Shown: positions 8,523-18,582 of the stretch, one piece after another
How positions within the stretch are numbered: the stretch's first letter is position 1
How the letters are laid out: each line of letters begins with the position of its first letter
Assembly (NCBI GenBank): GCA_045649455.1
Contig: JAZRPV010000058.1
Location: 106-64,105 of the forward strand
Direction: 5' to 3'
DNA length: 64,000 bases
Source: Bacilli bacterium
GTDB lineage: Bacteria; Bacillota_I; Bacilli_A; RF39; UBA660
Translations under genes and position numbers: made by a program
The notes under the pieces: generated by a model
What the model was told of the DNA's origin: nothing
Database searches by the model: none
What the model saw: only the letters and a program-made list of their open reading frames with translations

Positions 8523-10265
8523 TTAACGTACTTTGATATGTACTTCTCTTAGTTGTTGTTCAGTTACTTCTGTAGGAGCATCCATCATTAAATCAGCACC
8601 TGATGCAGTCATTGGGAAAGCAATTGTTTCACGAATTGTTTCTTCATCTAAAAGTAACATTAACATTCTATCAATACCAGGAGCCATTCCTGCATGTGGT
8701 GGTGCTCCGTATTTAAAGGCTTCATAAAGTGCTTTAAATCTTTTTTCAATTTCTTCTACTCCGTATCCAGCAATTTCAAAAGCTTTTTTCATAATATCTA
8801 AGTCGTGGTTTCTTACAGCTCCACTAGCCATTTCAATTCCGTTACATACGAAGTCAAATTGGTATGCAAGAATATCTTCTGGTTTCTTAGTAGTTAAAGC
8901 TTCTAATCCACCTTGAGGCATACTGAATGGGTTGTGAGTGAAGATATATTGGTCTTCTTCTTCAGACCATTCATACATTGGGAAGTCTTTAACGATACAG
9001 AATTTAAACTCATCTTTATCAATTAAATCTAATTTTTTTCCTAATTCATCTCTAATTAAACTTGCATATTTATAGGCATGTTTTCTATCTGCGATAAAGA
9101 AGATTACACTTTCTGGTTTTAATTTTGCTACATCAATTAAATCTTCTCTTTCTTCTTCAGATAAAAATTTATCAATTGGTCCAGCAAATGACATATCTTC
9201 TAATACTTTGAAGTATCCAATACCTGGCATTCCAATACTTTCTGCATATTCAACTAATTCGTTGAACCAAGAGTTTGATTTAGATGCGATATCTTCTACA
9301 ACAATACCTTTTACTGTTACTCCTCTAAATGGACGGAATGTTGTTTCTTCAAATACATCTGTTAAATCAATTAATTCAAGAGGGTTTCTTAAGTCTGGTT
9401 TATCAGTACCAAATCTTTCCATTGATTCTTTATAACTTAATCTTACAAATGGTTTTTCACTTAATTTTTTAGTTGGAGCGAATTCTTTAAATGTTTCATA
9501 GAATACTTTTTCTCCTACTTCTAATACATCTTCTTCTGTAGCGAAAGCCATTTCTAAATCTAATTGGTAGAATTCTCCATAAACTCTATCACTTCTTGCA
9601 TCTTCATCTCTGAAACATGGAGCGATTTGGAAATATTTATCTATTCCACCACACATTAATAATTGTTTAAATTGTTGAGGTGCTTGTGGTAATGCATAGA
9701 ACTTTCCATGGAACTTACGAGATGGAACGATAAAGTCTCTTGCACCTTCTGGTGAAGATGCTGTTAAAATTGGAGTTTGAACTTCTAAGAATTCATCTTC
9801 TTTCATTATCTTTCTTAAATAATCAATTACTTTAGTTCTAAAGATAATGTTTTCTCTAACTTTAGGGTTTCTCATATCTAAGTATCTATATTTTAATCTT
9901 ACATCTTCAGCTACTTCTTTAGATGTCATTACTTCAAATGGTAAGATGTTTTGAGCTTTTCCTAAAACTTTTAAATCATCTACTAATAATTCAATAGTTC
10001 CTGTTTCAATTCTTTGGTTGTAATCTTCTTCAGCTCTTTTACGAATTGTTCCTTCAATAGTAATACTTGATTCACGAGTGATACCATCAAAGATATGATC
10101 ATCGTTTGATACTACTTGAATTACTCCAGTCATGTCTCTAATGTCTACGAAGATTACTCCTCCATGGTCTCTTATATTTTCTACGAAACCTGCTATTTTT
10201 ACTTTTGTTCCAATTTCTTTTTCAGTTAATTTTCCACAATAGTGGTCTCTATATTTACTTGTCAT
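8523..10265 (-). CDS. aspS: Aspartyl-tRNA synthetase
   Basis: Class IIb aaRS with an OB anticodon-binding N-domain, FRDED motif 2 and GGIDR-like motif 3 (APGIDRMLML). Overlaps the gatB stop, so it belongs to the same operon. Confidence 0.95.
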   Translation of the reverse strand: MTSKYRDHYCGKLTEKEIGTKVKIAGFVENIRDHGGVIFVDIRDMTGVIQVVSNDDHIFDGITRESSITIEGTIRKRAEEDYNQRIETGTIELLVDDLKVLGKAQNILPFEVMTSKEVAEDVRLKYRYLDMRNPKVRENIIFRTKVIDYLRKIMKEDEFLEVQTPILTASSPEGARDFIVPSRKFHGKFYALPQAPQQFKQLLMCGGIDKYFQIAPCFRDEDARSDRVYGEFYQLDLEMAFATEEDVLEVGEKVFYETFKEFAPTKKLSEKPFVRLSYKESMERFGTDKPDLRNPLELIDLTDVFEETTFRPFRGVTVKGIVVEDIASKSNSWFNELVEYAESIGMPGIGYFKVLEDMSFAGPIDKFLSEEEREDLIDVAKLKPESVIFFIADRKHAYKYASLIRDELGKKLDLIDKDEFKFCIVKDFPMYEWSEEEDQYIFTHNPFSMPQGGLEALTTKKPEDILAYQFDFVCNGIEMASGAVRNHDLDIMKKAFEIAGYGVEEIEKRFKALYEAFKYGAPPHAGMAPGIDRMLMLLLDEETIRETIAFPMTASGADLMMDAPTEVTEQQLREVHIKVR

Positions 10266-11694
10266 TTTCTTTTCTCCTTTCTAATTCTTTCTTTATTAAT
10301 TCTAAAGAGATATTAGGGTTTGCTTGTCTATTTGATTTTTTCATTGTTTGACCTATAAAGAAGTTGATTACATGTTGGTTATCTTCTTCAATATATTGTC
10401 TTACTTGTTCTTGGTTTTCATCCATAATAGATGTAATTAATTCTAATAAAGTATCTTCATCAGATATTTGTTGTAAGTTTTCTTTCTTAATTAATTCTAC
10501 TGGATCTATTTTTTGTTCAATGGCTTGATATAAAATTTTCTTACCATGATCTAGTGATATTTTACCTTCATGAACATAGTCTACTACTCCGCTTAACATC
10601 TTTGGTGTGATGAATAATTCATCTAGTGTTATTTCTAATTTGTTTAATGTAGAAAGTATTGCTGATGTTAAGAAGTTTACTGTTAATTCTACATCTGAAC
10701 CATATGATAATACTTCTTCAAAATAATCTGCTGTTGGTCTTTCTTTTGAAAGTACTTTAGCATCATATTCTGATAGAGAATATTCTTTCATATATCTTAG
10801 GAATCTATCTGTTTTTAATTCAGGTAAAGATTGTTTTAATTCATATAAGTATTCATCTGATAATGGAGTTGATGGGATGTTTGGTTCTAAGAAGTATTTA
10901 TAATCAACGGCATCAACTTTTTCTCTCATTGAATAAGTTTTTCCATCTTCTGCAATTCTTCTTGTTTCTTGAATTACTTTTTCTCCTTTTAGAAGAATTT
11001 CACTTTGTCTTTTTATTTCATATTCGATAGCATCTCTTACACTTGTAAAGGCGTTGATGTTCTTCATTTCAACTTTAGTTCCTAATTTATCAGAACCTTC
11101 TTCCATAAGTGAGATGTTGACGTCACATCGCATTTGTCCATAGTTTGATTTGGCTTCACTTACTCCTAAGAATAAGAATACATCTTTTAAATCTTCTAGG
11201 AACGTTACGGCTTCATCAGCACTTTCAATACATGGTTCTGTTACTATTTCAATTAGTGGTACTCCACTACGGTTGTAATCAATTAATGAGAACTTTGTAT
11301 CATGTTCTAAAGATGCAGTATCTTCTTCTAAGTGTAATTGATGAATATATACTCTTTTTGGTGTTCCTTTTACTAAAATGTCTAAGTATCCATCTTTTCC
11401 CATTGGTTTAGTTACTTGAGTTATTTGATAACCTTTTGGTAAGTCTGGATAGAAGTAGTTTTTTCTATCAAAAATTACTTCATCTGGGTTCTTACAATGA
11501 AGAGCCATTGCTGTTAGAAGTGCTTTTCTTACAGCTTCTTTATTTGGTACTGGAAGGATTCCAGGTAAACCAAGATCAACTGTTGAAACAGATTCGTTTG
11601 GTATCATTGAGAACTTGTTTGGAGATGCTGAAAAGTTTTTTGACTTTGTATCTAATTCACAATGTACTTCTAATCCTATTACTACTTTAAACAT
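10255..11694 (-). CDS. gatB: Asp/Glu-tRNA amidotransferase subunit B
   Basis: MFKVVIGLEVHCEL... and RCDVNISL, with a C-terminal YqeY-like GatB tail. Confidence 0.95.
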   Translation of the reverse strand: MFKVVIGLEVHCELDTKSKNFSASPNKFSMIPNESVSTVDLGLPGILPVPNKEAVRKALLTAMALHCKNPDEVIFDRKNYFYPDLPKGYQITQVTKPMGKDGYLDILVKGTPKRVYIHQLHLEEDTASLEHDTKFSLIDYNRSGVPLIEIVTEPCIESADEAVTFLEDLKDVFLFLGVSEAKSNYGQMRCDVNISLMEEGSDKLGTKVEMKNINAFTSVRDAIEYEIKRQSEILLKGEKVIQETRRIAEDGKTYSMREKVDAVDYKYFLEPNIPSTPLSDEYLYELKQSLPELKTDRFLRYMKEYSLSEYDAKVLSKERPTADYFEEVLSYGSDVELTVNFLTSAILSTLNKLEITLDELFITPKMLSGVVDYVHEGKISLDHGKKILYQAIEQKIDPVELIKKENLQQISDEDTLLELITSIMDENQEQVRQYIEEDNQHVINFFIGQTMKKSNRQANPNISLELIKKELERRKENDK

Positions 11695-13150
11695 CTATAT
11701 CACCTACCTTACTATATATTCCTTTATATCCTGTTAGTTTTTCAACTTGGTATGCAAGTTTTAAAACTTCGTCATCTTCTTTAATTCTTCCTGTGATGTT
11801 TAAACCGATTGGCATATCTTCTACCATTCCATATGGAATTGTTATTGATGGAAATCCTCCAAAGTTTCCGATTGCTAAGTGGTTTTCTAATAATAAATAT
11901 CTATCAGATAATTTTTCACTTGAATCTGTAAATTTAGGAGCAATTCCTCCAGATGCTGGTAGAATCATTCCGTCGTATTCTTTAAATAATTCTGTTATTT
12001 TTTCTACTAATAATCTTCTTACTCTCCCAGCATTTAAGAATAATTTATCTTGGTTTTCTTTTTGAAGGATGAAACTTCCTAAAACGAAACGTCTTTTGAT
12101 AAGCTCACTAAATCCTTTTGTTCTAGCATCAAAGATAATTTCTTCAATTGATTCACCTTCTCCTCTTGGTCCAAATTGAATTCCTGTTAGGTTGGCGTTG
12201 TTTGAAGTTGCTTCTGCACAACTAATACACATGTATGTTGGATAAATGGCATTTAATAAGTCTTTATCAATTGATACTTCTTCAATAGTAAATCCTTCTT
12301 GTCTACATTTATCTAATAATTCATGGAATTTTGTTAATACTTCAGTTACTTCCTTAGAATCTTTATATAATTCTTTATCGCATATTTCTTTGATGTAGAA
12401 TAGTTTTTTACTTTTTGGTTCTTCTGTTACTAATTCACTATATTTTTTCCCATCATCTTTTAATGTTGTCATATCCATTGGATCTTGTCCTTTTAAGATA
12501 TCTGTTACAATTGCAGCATCTTCTACTGACTTTGTAAACATTGCAACATGGTCTAAGCTTGATGCGAAAGCGAACATTCCATAACGAGAAATTCTTCCGT
12601 ATGTTGGTTTAAATCCAACTAATCCACCGAAGGCAGCTGGTTTTCTTACTGAGTCACCAGTGTCTGAACCGATTGAGAAAGGTACAATTCCTAAGGCTAC
12701 TGCTGCGGCAGAACCTGCTGATGAACCACCAATCATTCTTTCTTTATCCCATGGGTTCTTTACTACTCCAGTTGCTCCTGTTGTTCCTGTTCCTCCCATG
12801 GCTAACTCATCTAATACTGTTTTTCCAACTAATGTTGCTCCTGCTCTTTTTAATTTTTTATAAACTGTTGCATCATATACTGGTACATAATCTTTTAAGA
12901 TGTTAGATGATCCTGTTGTTAAGATTCCTGTTGTTGAAAAGTTATCTTTTAAAGCATATGGTATTCCACCAATTAGTGTTTCTCTTTCTTTTACTTTAGT
13001 ATCATCTGTTATTGTTACGAATGAGTTGTAATCATCTTGAAAATAATGAGCTAGTCTTAGTGCTTTTGAATATAAATCTTCTGCTGTTGTTTTTCCTTCT
13101 TTTAGTTCTTCTTTTAATTCTTTAATAGTTTTTTCTCTATACATCTTCAT
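11687..13150 (-). CDS. gatA: Asp/Glu-tRNA amidotransferase subunit A
   Basis: Amidase signature GGSSAGSAAAVA...GSDTGDSVRKPA. Confidence 0.95.
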   Translation of the reverse strand: MKMYREKTIKELKEELKEGKTTAEDLYSKALRLAHYFQDDYNSFVTITDDTKVKERETLIGGIPYALKDNFSTTGILTTGSSNILKDYVPVYDATVYKKLKRAGATLVGKTVLDELAMGGTGTTGATGVVKNPWDKERMIGGSSAGSAAAVALGIVPFSIGSDTGDSVRKPAAFGGLVGFKPTYGRISRYGMFAFASSLDHVAMFTKSVEDAAIVTDILKGQDPMDMTTLKDDGKKYSELVTEEPKSKKLFYIKEICDKELYKDSKEVTEVLTKFHELLDKCRQEGFTIEEVSIDKDLLNAIYPTYMCISCAEATSNNANLTGIQFGPRGEGESIEEIIFDARTKGFSELIKRRFVLGSFILQKENQDKLFLNAGRVRRLLVEKITELFKEYDGMILPASGGIAPKFTDSSEKLSDRYLLLENHLAIGNFGGFPSITIPYGMVEDMPIGLNITGRIKEDDEVLKLAYQVEKLTGYKGIYSKVGDIDV

Positions 13151-13436
13151 CCACCACCTTTGGTACTTTTACTTGGTCTCTTGTTTGATACTTAGCATTT
13201 TCTAATACTTCTCCGACTGTTAAGTAATCTCCTATTTCATCTTCTCTTAGTTCGGCATCTGTATTTTTAAATGGGAATGTCATAGGTTCTACTTCTGAGA
13301 TACTTGGTATTTTTCCTATTAAATCCATTTGTTTTAAAATTACTTCGAATTCTTCTTGAAGAGTTTTATATTCTTCATCATTCATATCAAACATTAATTT
13401 ACGTGCATAATCTTTTAACTTATCTTTTTCTATCAT
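13137..13436 (-). CDS. gatC: Asp/Glu-tRNA amidotransferase subunit C
   Basis: Small acidic GatC-like protein. Start moved to the ATG at 13436, which has AAGGAGGAAT upstream; the track start at 13469 falls inside the T-box terminator. Confidence 0.9.
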   Translation of the reverse strand: MIEKDKLKDYARKLMFDMNDEEYKTLQEEFEVILKQMDLIGKIPSISEVEPMTFPFKNTDAELREDEIGDYLTVGEVLENAKYQTRDQVKVPKVVDEDV

Positions 13437-13459
13437 ATTAATTCCTCCTTTTATATAAA

Positions 13460-13730
13460 CAAAAAACACTAGTTAAACGTCCTTCATTATTTTGAAGGGA
13501 CGAAAACTAGTGTTCCGCGGTACCACCCTAATTACTATAGATCTTCTCCATAGTCACTTTCGGTTCTATTAAACCTTAGCGTTGTTAACGGTACGCGCTC
13601 CGACTTATTCTACTAAAATTCTTTAAGTACTCAGAAGTGTTGTTTCAAAAAACATTATTGTTATGTTTCACCAACCCATAACTCTCTACAAATAAGTGGT
13701 TTTTCTACTTGTCTTCCTCATCGATTTCTT
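13460..13730 (-). promoter_or_regulatory. T-box riboswitch leader of gatCAB-aspS, probable Asn (AAC) specifier
   Basis: On the minus strand: Stem I GA/K-turn AUCGAUGAGGAAGACAAGUAG, AGAGAG box, distal GGUUGGUGAAA, specifier context GAAAC-AAC-A-CUUC (AAC at 13639-13641), T-box AAUUAGGGUGGUACCGCGG (13516-13529), then the terminator ACACUAGUUUUCGUCCCUUC...GAAGGACGUUUAACUAGUGUUUUUUG. Confidence 0.85.
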
Positions 13731-13734
13731 TTTA

Positions 13735-13763
13735 ATCTTACTAAATATTTTTTATTTTGTCAA
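13735..13763 (-). promoter_or_regulatory. Sigma-A-type promoter for the T-box/gatCAB-aspS operon
   Basis: TTGACA (13758-13763), 17-nt spacer, TAAGAT (13735-13740), immediately upstream of Stem I. Confidence 0.55.
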
Positions 13764-13767
13764 ATTT

Positions 13768-14217
13768 TTATTTTCCTTGGTATCTTTCACCATATTTTTT
13801 TGCCATGACTTTATCTGTTTCTTTACTTTGTTTTATAATTGTTTTAGCAACATCCATTTGTGATGCATTTTCTGGTAAATTTTGAAGAGCTGTCATATCA
13901 AAGAATAAGATTGCCCATTCTAATTGTTCAATACCATGTTCTGTAATACCTTTAATACTATGTAAGTCTGTTTCCATTAATTCTAATAATGTATTAATAT
14001 TATTTTTCTTTAATGTTTGTAATACATCCCAATCTAAAACCATATCTTCTACTTTATAAAAAGCATTCCAGTTAGTTTTTCTTTTTTCTTCTCTTTCTTT
14101 TTTTACAGATTGAATCATTGGTAATATTTCTTCTGTTGGTAAAGATAAAAACATTTCTTCTAATATATCTAGAGCTTCTGTTGAAAATCTAGTTAATTGT
14201 TCTTTGTGTTTTTCCAT
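13768..14217 (-). CDS. Hypothetical protein with a possible helix-hairpin-helix segment
   Basis: 149-aa ORF. LQTLKKNNINTLLELMETDLHSIKGITEHGIEQL resembles RpoA-CTD-like HhH. This is a weak call. Confidence 0.5.
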   Translation of the reverse strand: MEKHKEQLTRFSTEALDILEEMFLSLPTEEILPMIQSVKKEREEKRKTNWNAFYKVEDMVLDWDVLQTLKKNNINTLLELMETDLHSIKGITEHGIEQLEWAILFFDMTALQNLPENASQMDVAKTIIKQSKETDKVMAKKYGERYQGK

Positions 14218-14345
14218 TTCCTACACCCCTTACTATGGTCTCCTTTGACCAATGTGGCTACATTATACCACATTTTCTTATTTTTTGCAAGTTTTACCTT
14301 CTTTTATGGTGTTTTTGTGGTAGAATAATGACAGGAAGTGATATT

Positions 14346-15350
14346 ATGAGAAAAACTATTTTAACAGGTTTAAGACCTACTGGTAACTTACATTTAGGTC
14401 ATTTATTTGGGGCTGGTCAAAACTATGTTAGATTACAAGATGATTATGATTTTTATTTAGAAATTGCTGATGTACAAGCTTTAACTGATAATTTTGATAA
14501 TCCTGAAAAAGTTAGAAAAAACGTTTATGAAATTACAAAAGATTTATTAGCAATTGGGCTTGATCCTGAAAAAGTTAATTTCTTTATTCAATCAAAAATC
14601 CCTGAGATTGCAGAACTTACTGTTTATTATTCAAACTTAGTAACAGTTGCAAGATTACAAAGAAACCCTACTGTTAAAACAGAAATAAGTCAAAAGAAAG
14701 AGTTATTTGGTAATAGTGGTGAAAGTATTACTTATGGATTCTTAGGATATCCAGTTAGCCAAGCTGCAGATATTACTGCTTTTGATGGTGAAGTTGTTCC
14801 AGTTGGTGATGATCAATTACCTTTACTAGAACAATGTAGAGAAATAGTTCGTAAATTTAATTCTATTTATGGTGAAACATTAAAAGAGCCTGAAGCTGTT
14901 TTAAGTAAAAATACAAGAATTAAAGGTCTTGATGGAAATGAAAAGATGGGAAAAAGTCTTGGTAATGCAGTTTACTTAGTTGATGATGAAGAAACTATTA
15001 AAAAGAAAGTTATGGGAGCGGTTACAGATCCTGAAAAAATCAAAAAAGATGATCCTGCAAATCCTGACGTTTGTATGGTTTACTACTATCATAAGTTAGT
15101 TAATAATGAAGAAAATATTAATACAATTTGCAGTGAATGTAAAAAAGGTTCACGTGGATGTGTTCAATGTAAAAAAGAATTAATTGAAGCAATGAAAGAA
15201 TTCTTAAGACCAATTCAAGAAAGAAGAAAATTCTATGAAGAAAATCCTGAAGAAGTTGATAGAATCTTACAAAAAGGTACTGAAGCTGCTAGAAGTAAAG
15301 CCGTAGAACAAATGGCTAAAGTTAGAAAAGCAATGAAGATAGATTATTAA
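14346..15350 (+). CDS. trpS: Tryptophanyl-tRNA synthetase
   Basis: Class I aaRS with HIGH-type motif TGNLHLGH and KMSKS-type KMGKS. Start moved to the ATG at 14346 (AGGAAG upstream); the track start at 14235 adds a non-homologous hydrophobic extension. Confidence 0.93.
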   Translation: MRKTILTGLRPTGNLHLGHLFGAGQNYVRLQDDYDFYLEIADVQALTDNFDNPEKVRKNVYEITKDLLAIGLDPEKVNFFIQSKIPEIAELTVYYSNLVTVARLQRNPTVKTEISQKKELFGNSGESITYGFLGYPVSQAADITAFDGEVVPVGDDQLPLLEQCREIVRKFNSIYGETLKEPEAVLSKNTRIKGLDGNEKMGKSLGNAVYLVDDEETIKKKVMGAVTDPEKIKKDDPANPDVCMVYYYHKLVNNEENINTICSECKKGSRGCVQCKKELIEAMKEFLRPIQERRKFYEENPEEVDRILQKGTEAARSKAVEQMAKVRKAMKIDY

Positions 15351-15370
15351 ATCTATCTTTTTTTAATAAA

Positions 15371-15398
15371 AAAAAGACATATTGTCTTTTATTTTTTT
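15371..15398. terminator. Bidirectional hairpin between the convergent trpS and the small basic ORF
   Basis: aaaagaca-tatt-gtctttt flanked by an A-run and a T-run. Confidence 0.5.
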
Positions 15399-15589
15399 CT
15401 TTTCTTTTTCTTTGGTCCACGTTCTCTTTTAGGTTTAACACTATATGCACTTAATACTTGATAATTGGCAGTATTTACTTTTTGTTTTTGATATATGTCT
15501 GCTCCTGTAGACATCAACAATTTTTTATAATCATCATGTATTTCATCTAGAAGATTTGTTTCTTTTTTTACAACTTTTATTTTTGCCAT
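15389..15589 (-). CDS. Small basic hypothetical protein
   Basis: 66-aa ORF with a Lys/Arg-rich C-terminus (KRERGPKKKKRKK). No family recognised. Confidence 0.4.
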   Translation of the reverse strand: MAKIKVVKKETNLLDEIHDDYKKLLMSTGADIYQKQKVNTANYQVLSAYSVKPKRERGPKKKKRKK

Positions 15590-15662
15590 ATTCTCTACCT
15601 CTTCCCTACTTTGATATATCTAAGAATATTTTATCATATAATCAGAAAAATTAAAACTATTG

Positions 15663-16298
15663 TTACTTTTTATTATATGTTAATTTTAAAATATCATATA
15701 AGACATTATACTTTGATTCATAATTTTCTTGAATTGATTTTTGTAATTTTAAATATTTTGATTCAAATGACAATGATGAATCATTATATATTTCTTTATA
15801 TAGATAATTCAATTTATCTATATTTTTTGTTTGGTATACTTTTTCTAATTCTTTTAAAATATAGTTTCTTTTTTTATTTTCTTGTCTTGTTAAGAAGCTT
15901 TTATTTAATGTTGAAATTGTTTTATAATATATTTTTTCTATTAAATCAAATCGACATTCTAATATAATTGTTTCTTCTTCATCTAATAAAAGTGAACTTC
16001 GACATATATTATTTCCTTCTTTTGTAAATTCTATACCAACCACTCTATTTAAATCAGTAAACAAAGCTGAGTATTTTAAATCATTTGTTTTTCTATAACA
16101 CTTTGTTTTGTTTTTTATTTTTTGAATAAAATCATTACTTATAATTATATTTTTATTTACTAAGTCATTTAAGTTTTGTGTTGTTACTCTAAAAATAGGA
16201 ATTCTTTTTATATGATCTATGGTATCTTCACTTGACCATTCATAAAACTCAATAAGTTCATCTTGAAAGTTTAATACTACATCATAAATGTAATTCAT
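15663..16298 (-). CDS. Hypothetical protein
   Basis: 211-aa ORF overlapping the stop of the upstream small membrane ORF. No family recognised with confidence. Confidence 0.55.
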   Translation of the reverse strand: MNYIYDVVLNFQDELIEFYEWSSEDTIDHIKRIPIFRVTTQNLNDLVNKNIIISNDFIQKIKNKTKCYRKTNDLKYSALFTDLNRVVGIEFTKEGNNICRSSLLLDEEETIILECRFDLIEKIYYKTISTLNKSFLTRQENKKRNYILKELEKVYQTKNIDKLNYLYKEIYNDSSLSFESKYLKLQKSIQENYESKYNVLYDILKLTYNKK

Positions 16299-16506
16299 CT
16301 TTAATCTCCTTTTTTGTCTTTATTGTTAATATTTCTATTATGATACCTAATGGTAAAGTTAAACATTCTATTTGGGATATGATAAATAGAAAATATTCTT
16401 TAATAGTATAACCAAATGTAAATAAATTTATATATAAAAATATATAAGTTATTCCTATTGTGATTAAATAAAAACCTAAGATAATAAAAATTATTTTTCT
16501 TATCAT
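16282..16506 (-). CDS. Small hypothetical membrane protein
   Basis: 74 aa with two hydrophobic helices. Confidence 0.4.
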   Translation of the reverse strand: MIRKIIFIILGFYLITIGITYIFLYINLFTFGYTIKEYFLFIISQIECLTLPLGIIIEILTIKTKKEIKDELHL

Positions 16507-16545
16507 AATTAAATTTATGTTTTTTTAGAAAAAAAAGAATGTCTT

Positions 16546-17622
16546 TTAGACATCCTCTTCTGAAGTTTCTATTAACGCTACTTCTACTTTATTGATTGAT
16601 TCAAATTTCTTTGTAATTTTATCTGTTGTAATTGAGACATTTTCTACATCTTTATTTACTGTTTGAATACTTCTAGCAAGTTTATCCCAACGTTCTTTAT
16701 ATCTAGCAAATTCTAGTCCTAATTTATTTAATTCTTCATGAATGATTGAAGTATATTTATCTCTTTCCATATTTTTAATTATCATTTCAATTACTGTTAA
16801 TGTTGAAATTAAAGTTGTTGGTGAAGTAATCCATACTTTTTTTCTGTACGCATAATTAATTATATCAGGATGATATGCATTAACTTCTGCGAAGATTGCT
16901 TCTGCTGGTAAGAAAAGAATTGCTTGATCTGTTGTTTCTCCTGGAATTATATATTTACTAGCGATGGCATCGATATGCTTTTTCATATCTTGTCTAAACA
17001 TCTTTTCATAATTTTCTCTTAGTTCTGGAGATAGTTTCTTATCAGTCATTAATTGATAATGTTCTAGTGGGAATTTAGAGTCAATGGCAATTGTCCCTAG
17101 AGGCTCTGGTGCAAATACTACAGAGTCAGCAATTACACCTGTACTTAAAGTATGTTGTAATCTATAGATTGAATCATTTCTTTCTCCAAAGACATTTGAA
17201 AGTATATGTTTTAAATTTACTTCTCCAAAGATACCTCTTGTTTTCTTATCAGTTAAAATACTTTGAAGTGAAACAATATCTGTTGATAGTGTTTCAATTT
17301 TCTTTTGAGCTTCATCTATCTTAGACAATCTTTCAATGACGTTCATAAATGTTTTATTTGTTTTATCAAAATTTTCATCTAAACGTTCATTTACTTTTTC
17401 ATTTATAGCGATTAATCTTTTTTCTAATTGTTCATTTAGAGTATTAAAATCCTGATTTAAATTTCTAGTAATATCATTTTTAAAATTACCCATTTCCTTC
17501 ATCATTGCTAGTTCTAATTTACCTAGTCTTTCTGTAATATTACTTTCATTTATATTTTTTAATAAAGACATTACTACTAAAACTAAATTTAATATTAATA
17601 ATCCAATAATTATATAATCCAT
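16546..17622 (-). CDS. rmuC: DNA recombination protein RmuC
   Basis: N-terminal TM, long coiled coil, and a C-terminal RmuC nuclease-like core (TRGIFGEVNLKHIL, DSKFPLEHY, FLPAEAIF). Confidence 0.85.
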   Translation of the reverse strand: MDYIIIGLLILNLVLVVMSLLKNINESNITERLGKLELAMMKEMGNFKNDITRNLNQDFNTLNEQLEKRLIAINEKVNERLDENFDKTNKTFMNVIERLSKIDEAQKKIETLSTDIVSLQSILTDKKTRGIFGEVNLKHILSNVFGERNDSIYRLQHTLSTGVIADSVVFAPEPLGTIAIDSKFPLEHYQLMTDKKLSPELRENYEKMFRQDMKKHIDAIASKYIIPGETTDQAILFLPAEAIFAEVNAYHPDIINYAYRKKVWITSPTTLISTLTVIEMIIKNMERDKYTSIIHEELNKLGLEFARYKERWDKLARSIQTVNKDVENVSITTDKITKKFESINKVEVALIETSEEDV

Positions 17623-17632
17623 ATTATTTCTC

Positions 17633-18211
17633 CTATTCTATGTTCATTTTTTTACTTACTACTTTTGAAATTATGTATGCGAGAAGTAAGATTATTCCAA
17701 TATATATTAGCGCTTTAACATCTGTTAAACTTTCTATGAAACTTTTACCTATGTATCCCCAAAATGTTATCATAAATGCTTTTCCAATTAGTATGGCACT
17801 TAAATATTTTTCTTTAGACATACTTGATACACCTGCTAGTAAATTTATTAAACATGATGGTGTGAATGGTAAGGTTAATATTAAAACAAGACTTTGAAAT
17901 TTTATTTTGTTAAATTTATGAATTTGTTTTTCTACTTTTTTTATAGTTTTATTTTTAACTAATTTATATAATATTTTTGTTTCTAATAGATTAAAAAATA
18001 AAAAAGCTATGTAACTTCCCAGACATGTTGCGAGCCAAGAAATTACTACTCCTATTAAAAATCCAAATGCATTAATATTTAAACTTACAAAAACACCAAG
18101 TGGTAAGATTGGAAGAAAGGCTTCTGATAATACCATTAAGAAACCAAATAGTAGACCACCAGATGCAACTAATTGTGTTGATTTTTCTATTATTTGATTT
18201 ACTAATTCCAT
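17633..18211 (-). CDS. TVP38/TMEM64 (DedA-related) family membrane protein
   Basis: Polytopic 192-aa protein. The ...LTLPFTPSCLINLLAGVS... motif is typical of the SNARE-associated/DedA superfamily. Confidence 0.7.
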   Translation of the reverse strand: MELVNQIIEKSTQLVASGGLLFGFLMVLSEAFLPILPLGVFVSLNINAFGFLIGVVISWLATCLGSYIAFLFFNLLETKILYKLVKNKTIKKVEKQIHKFNKIKFQSLVLILTLPFTPSCLINLLAGVSSMSKEKYLSAILIGKAFMITFWGYIGKSFIESLTDVKALIYIGIILLLAYIISKVVSKKMNIE

Positions 18212-18244
18212 CTTATCACCTTCAATTTTAATTATATTACAAGA

Positions 18245-18526
18245 TTATTTTCTTAACAAGTAATTAAGGTATCCACCAATTATGTTGACAGTTCGATATC
18301 CTTGTATATTTAGTTTTTCAGTTAATACTTTACTTGTTTTACCATTATTACAAAAGATGTAATATGTTTCATTTTTATTTAAATATTTTTCTGGAGAGAT
18401 TTCTAGTTTTATTGCAGGTATATTTTTTGATGATGGGATAGTTCCCATTAAAAATTCATTTTCATTACGGATGTCAATTATATTAGGATTATTTTTATAC
18501 ATTAGTTCTTGGAGTGTAATTTGCAT
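18245..18526 (-). CDS. Rhodanese-like domain protein
   Basis: 93 aa. IIDIRNENEFLMGTIPSSKNIP...YYIFCNNGKTS contains an active-site Cys loop. Confidence 0.8.
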   Translation of the reverse strand: MQITLQELMYKNNPNIIDIRNENEFLMGTIPSSKNIPAIKLEISPEKYLNKNETYYIFCNNGKTSKVLTEKLNIQGYRTVNIIGGYLNYLLRK

Positions 18527-18551
18527 TTTTTCACCTCCAATATAAAGTATG

Positions 18552-18582
18552 AAAAAAAAGAATCTATAATAATTATAGATTC
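18552..18582 (-). terminator. Strong intrinsic terminator closing the Tad/T4SS cluster
   Basis: Perfect 10-bp stem gaatctataa/ttatagattc with a 3-nt loop, followed on the minus strand by T8. It begins 1 nt after the TAG at 18583-18585. Confidence 0.75.

Noticed and set aside
14218-14345. Expected T-box leader upstream of trpS
   Set aside because: Only ~128 nt separate trpS from the divergent gene, and no GGGUGGUACCGCG-type T-box or terminator is present. trpS appears not to be T-box regulated here.
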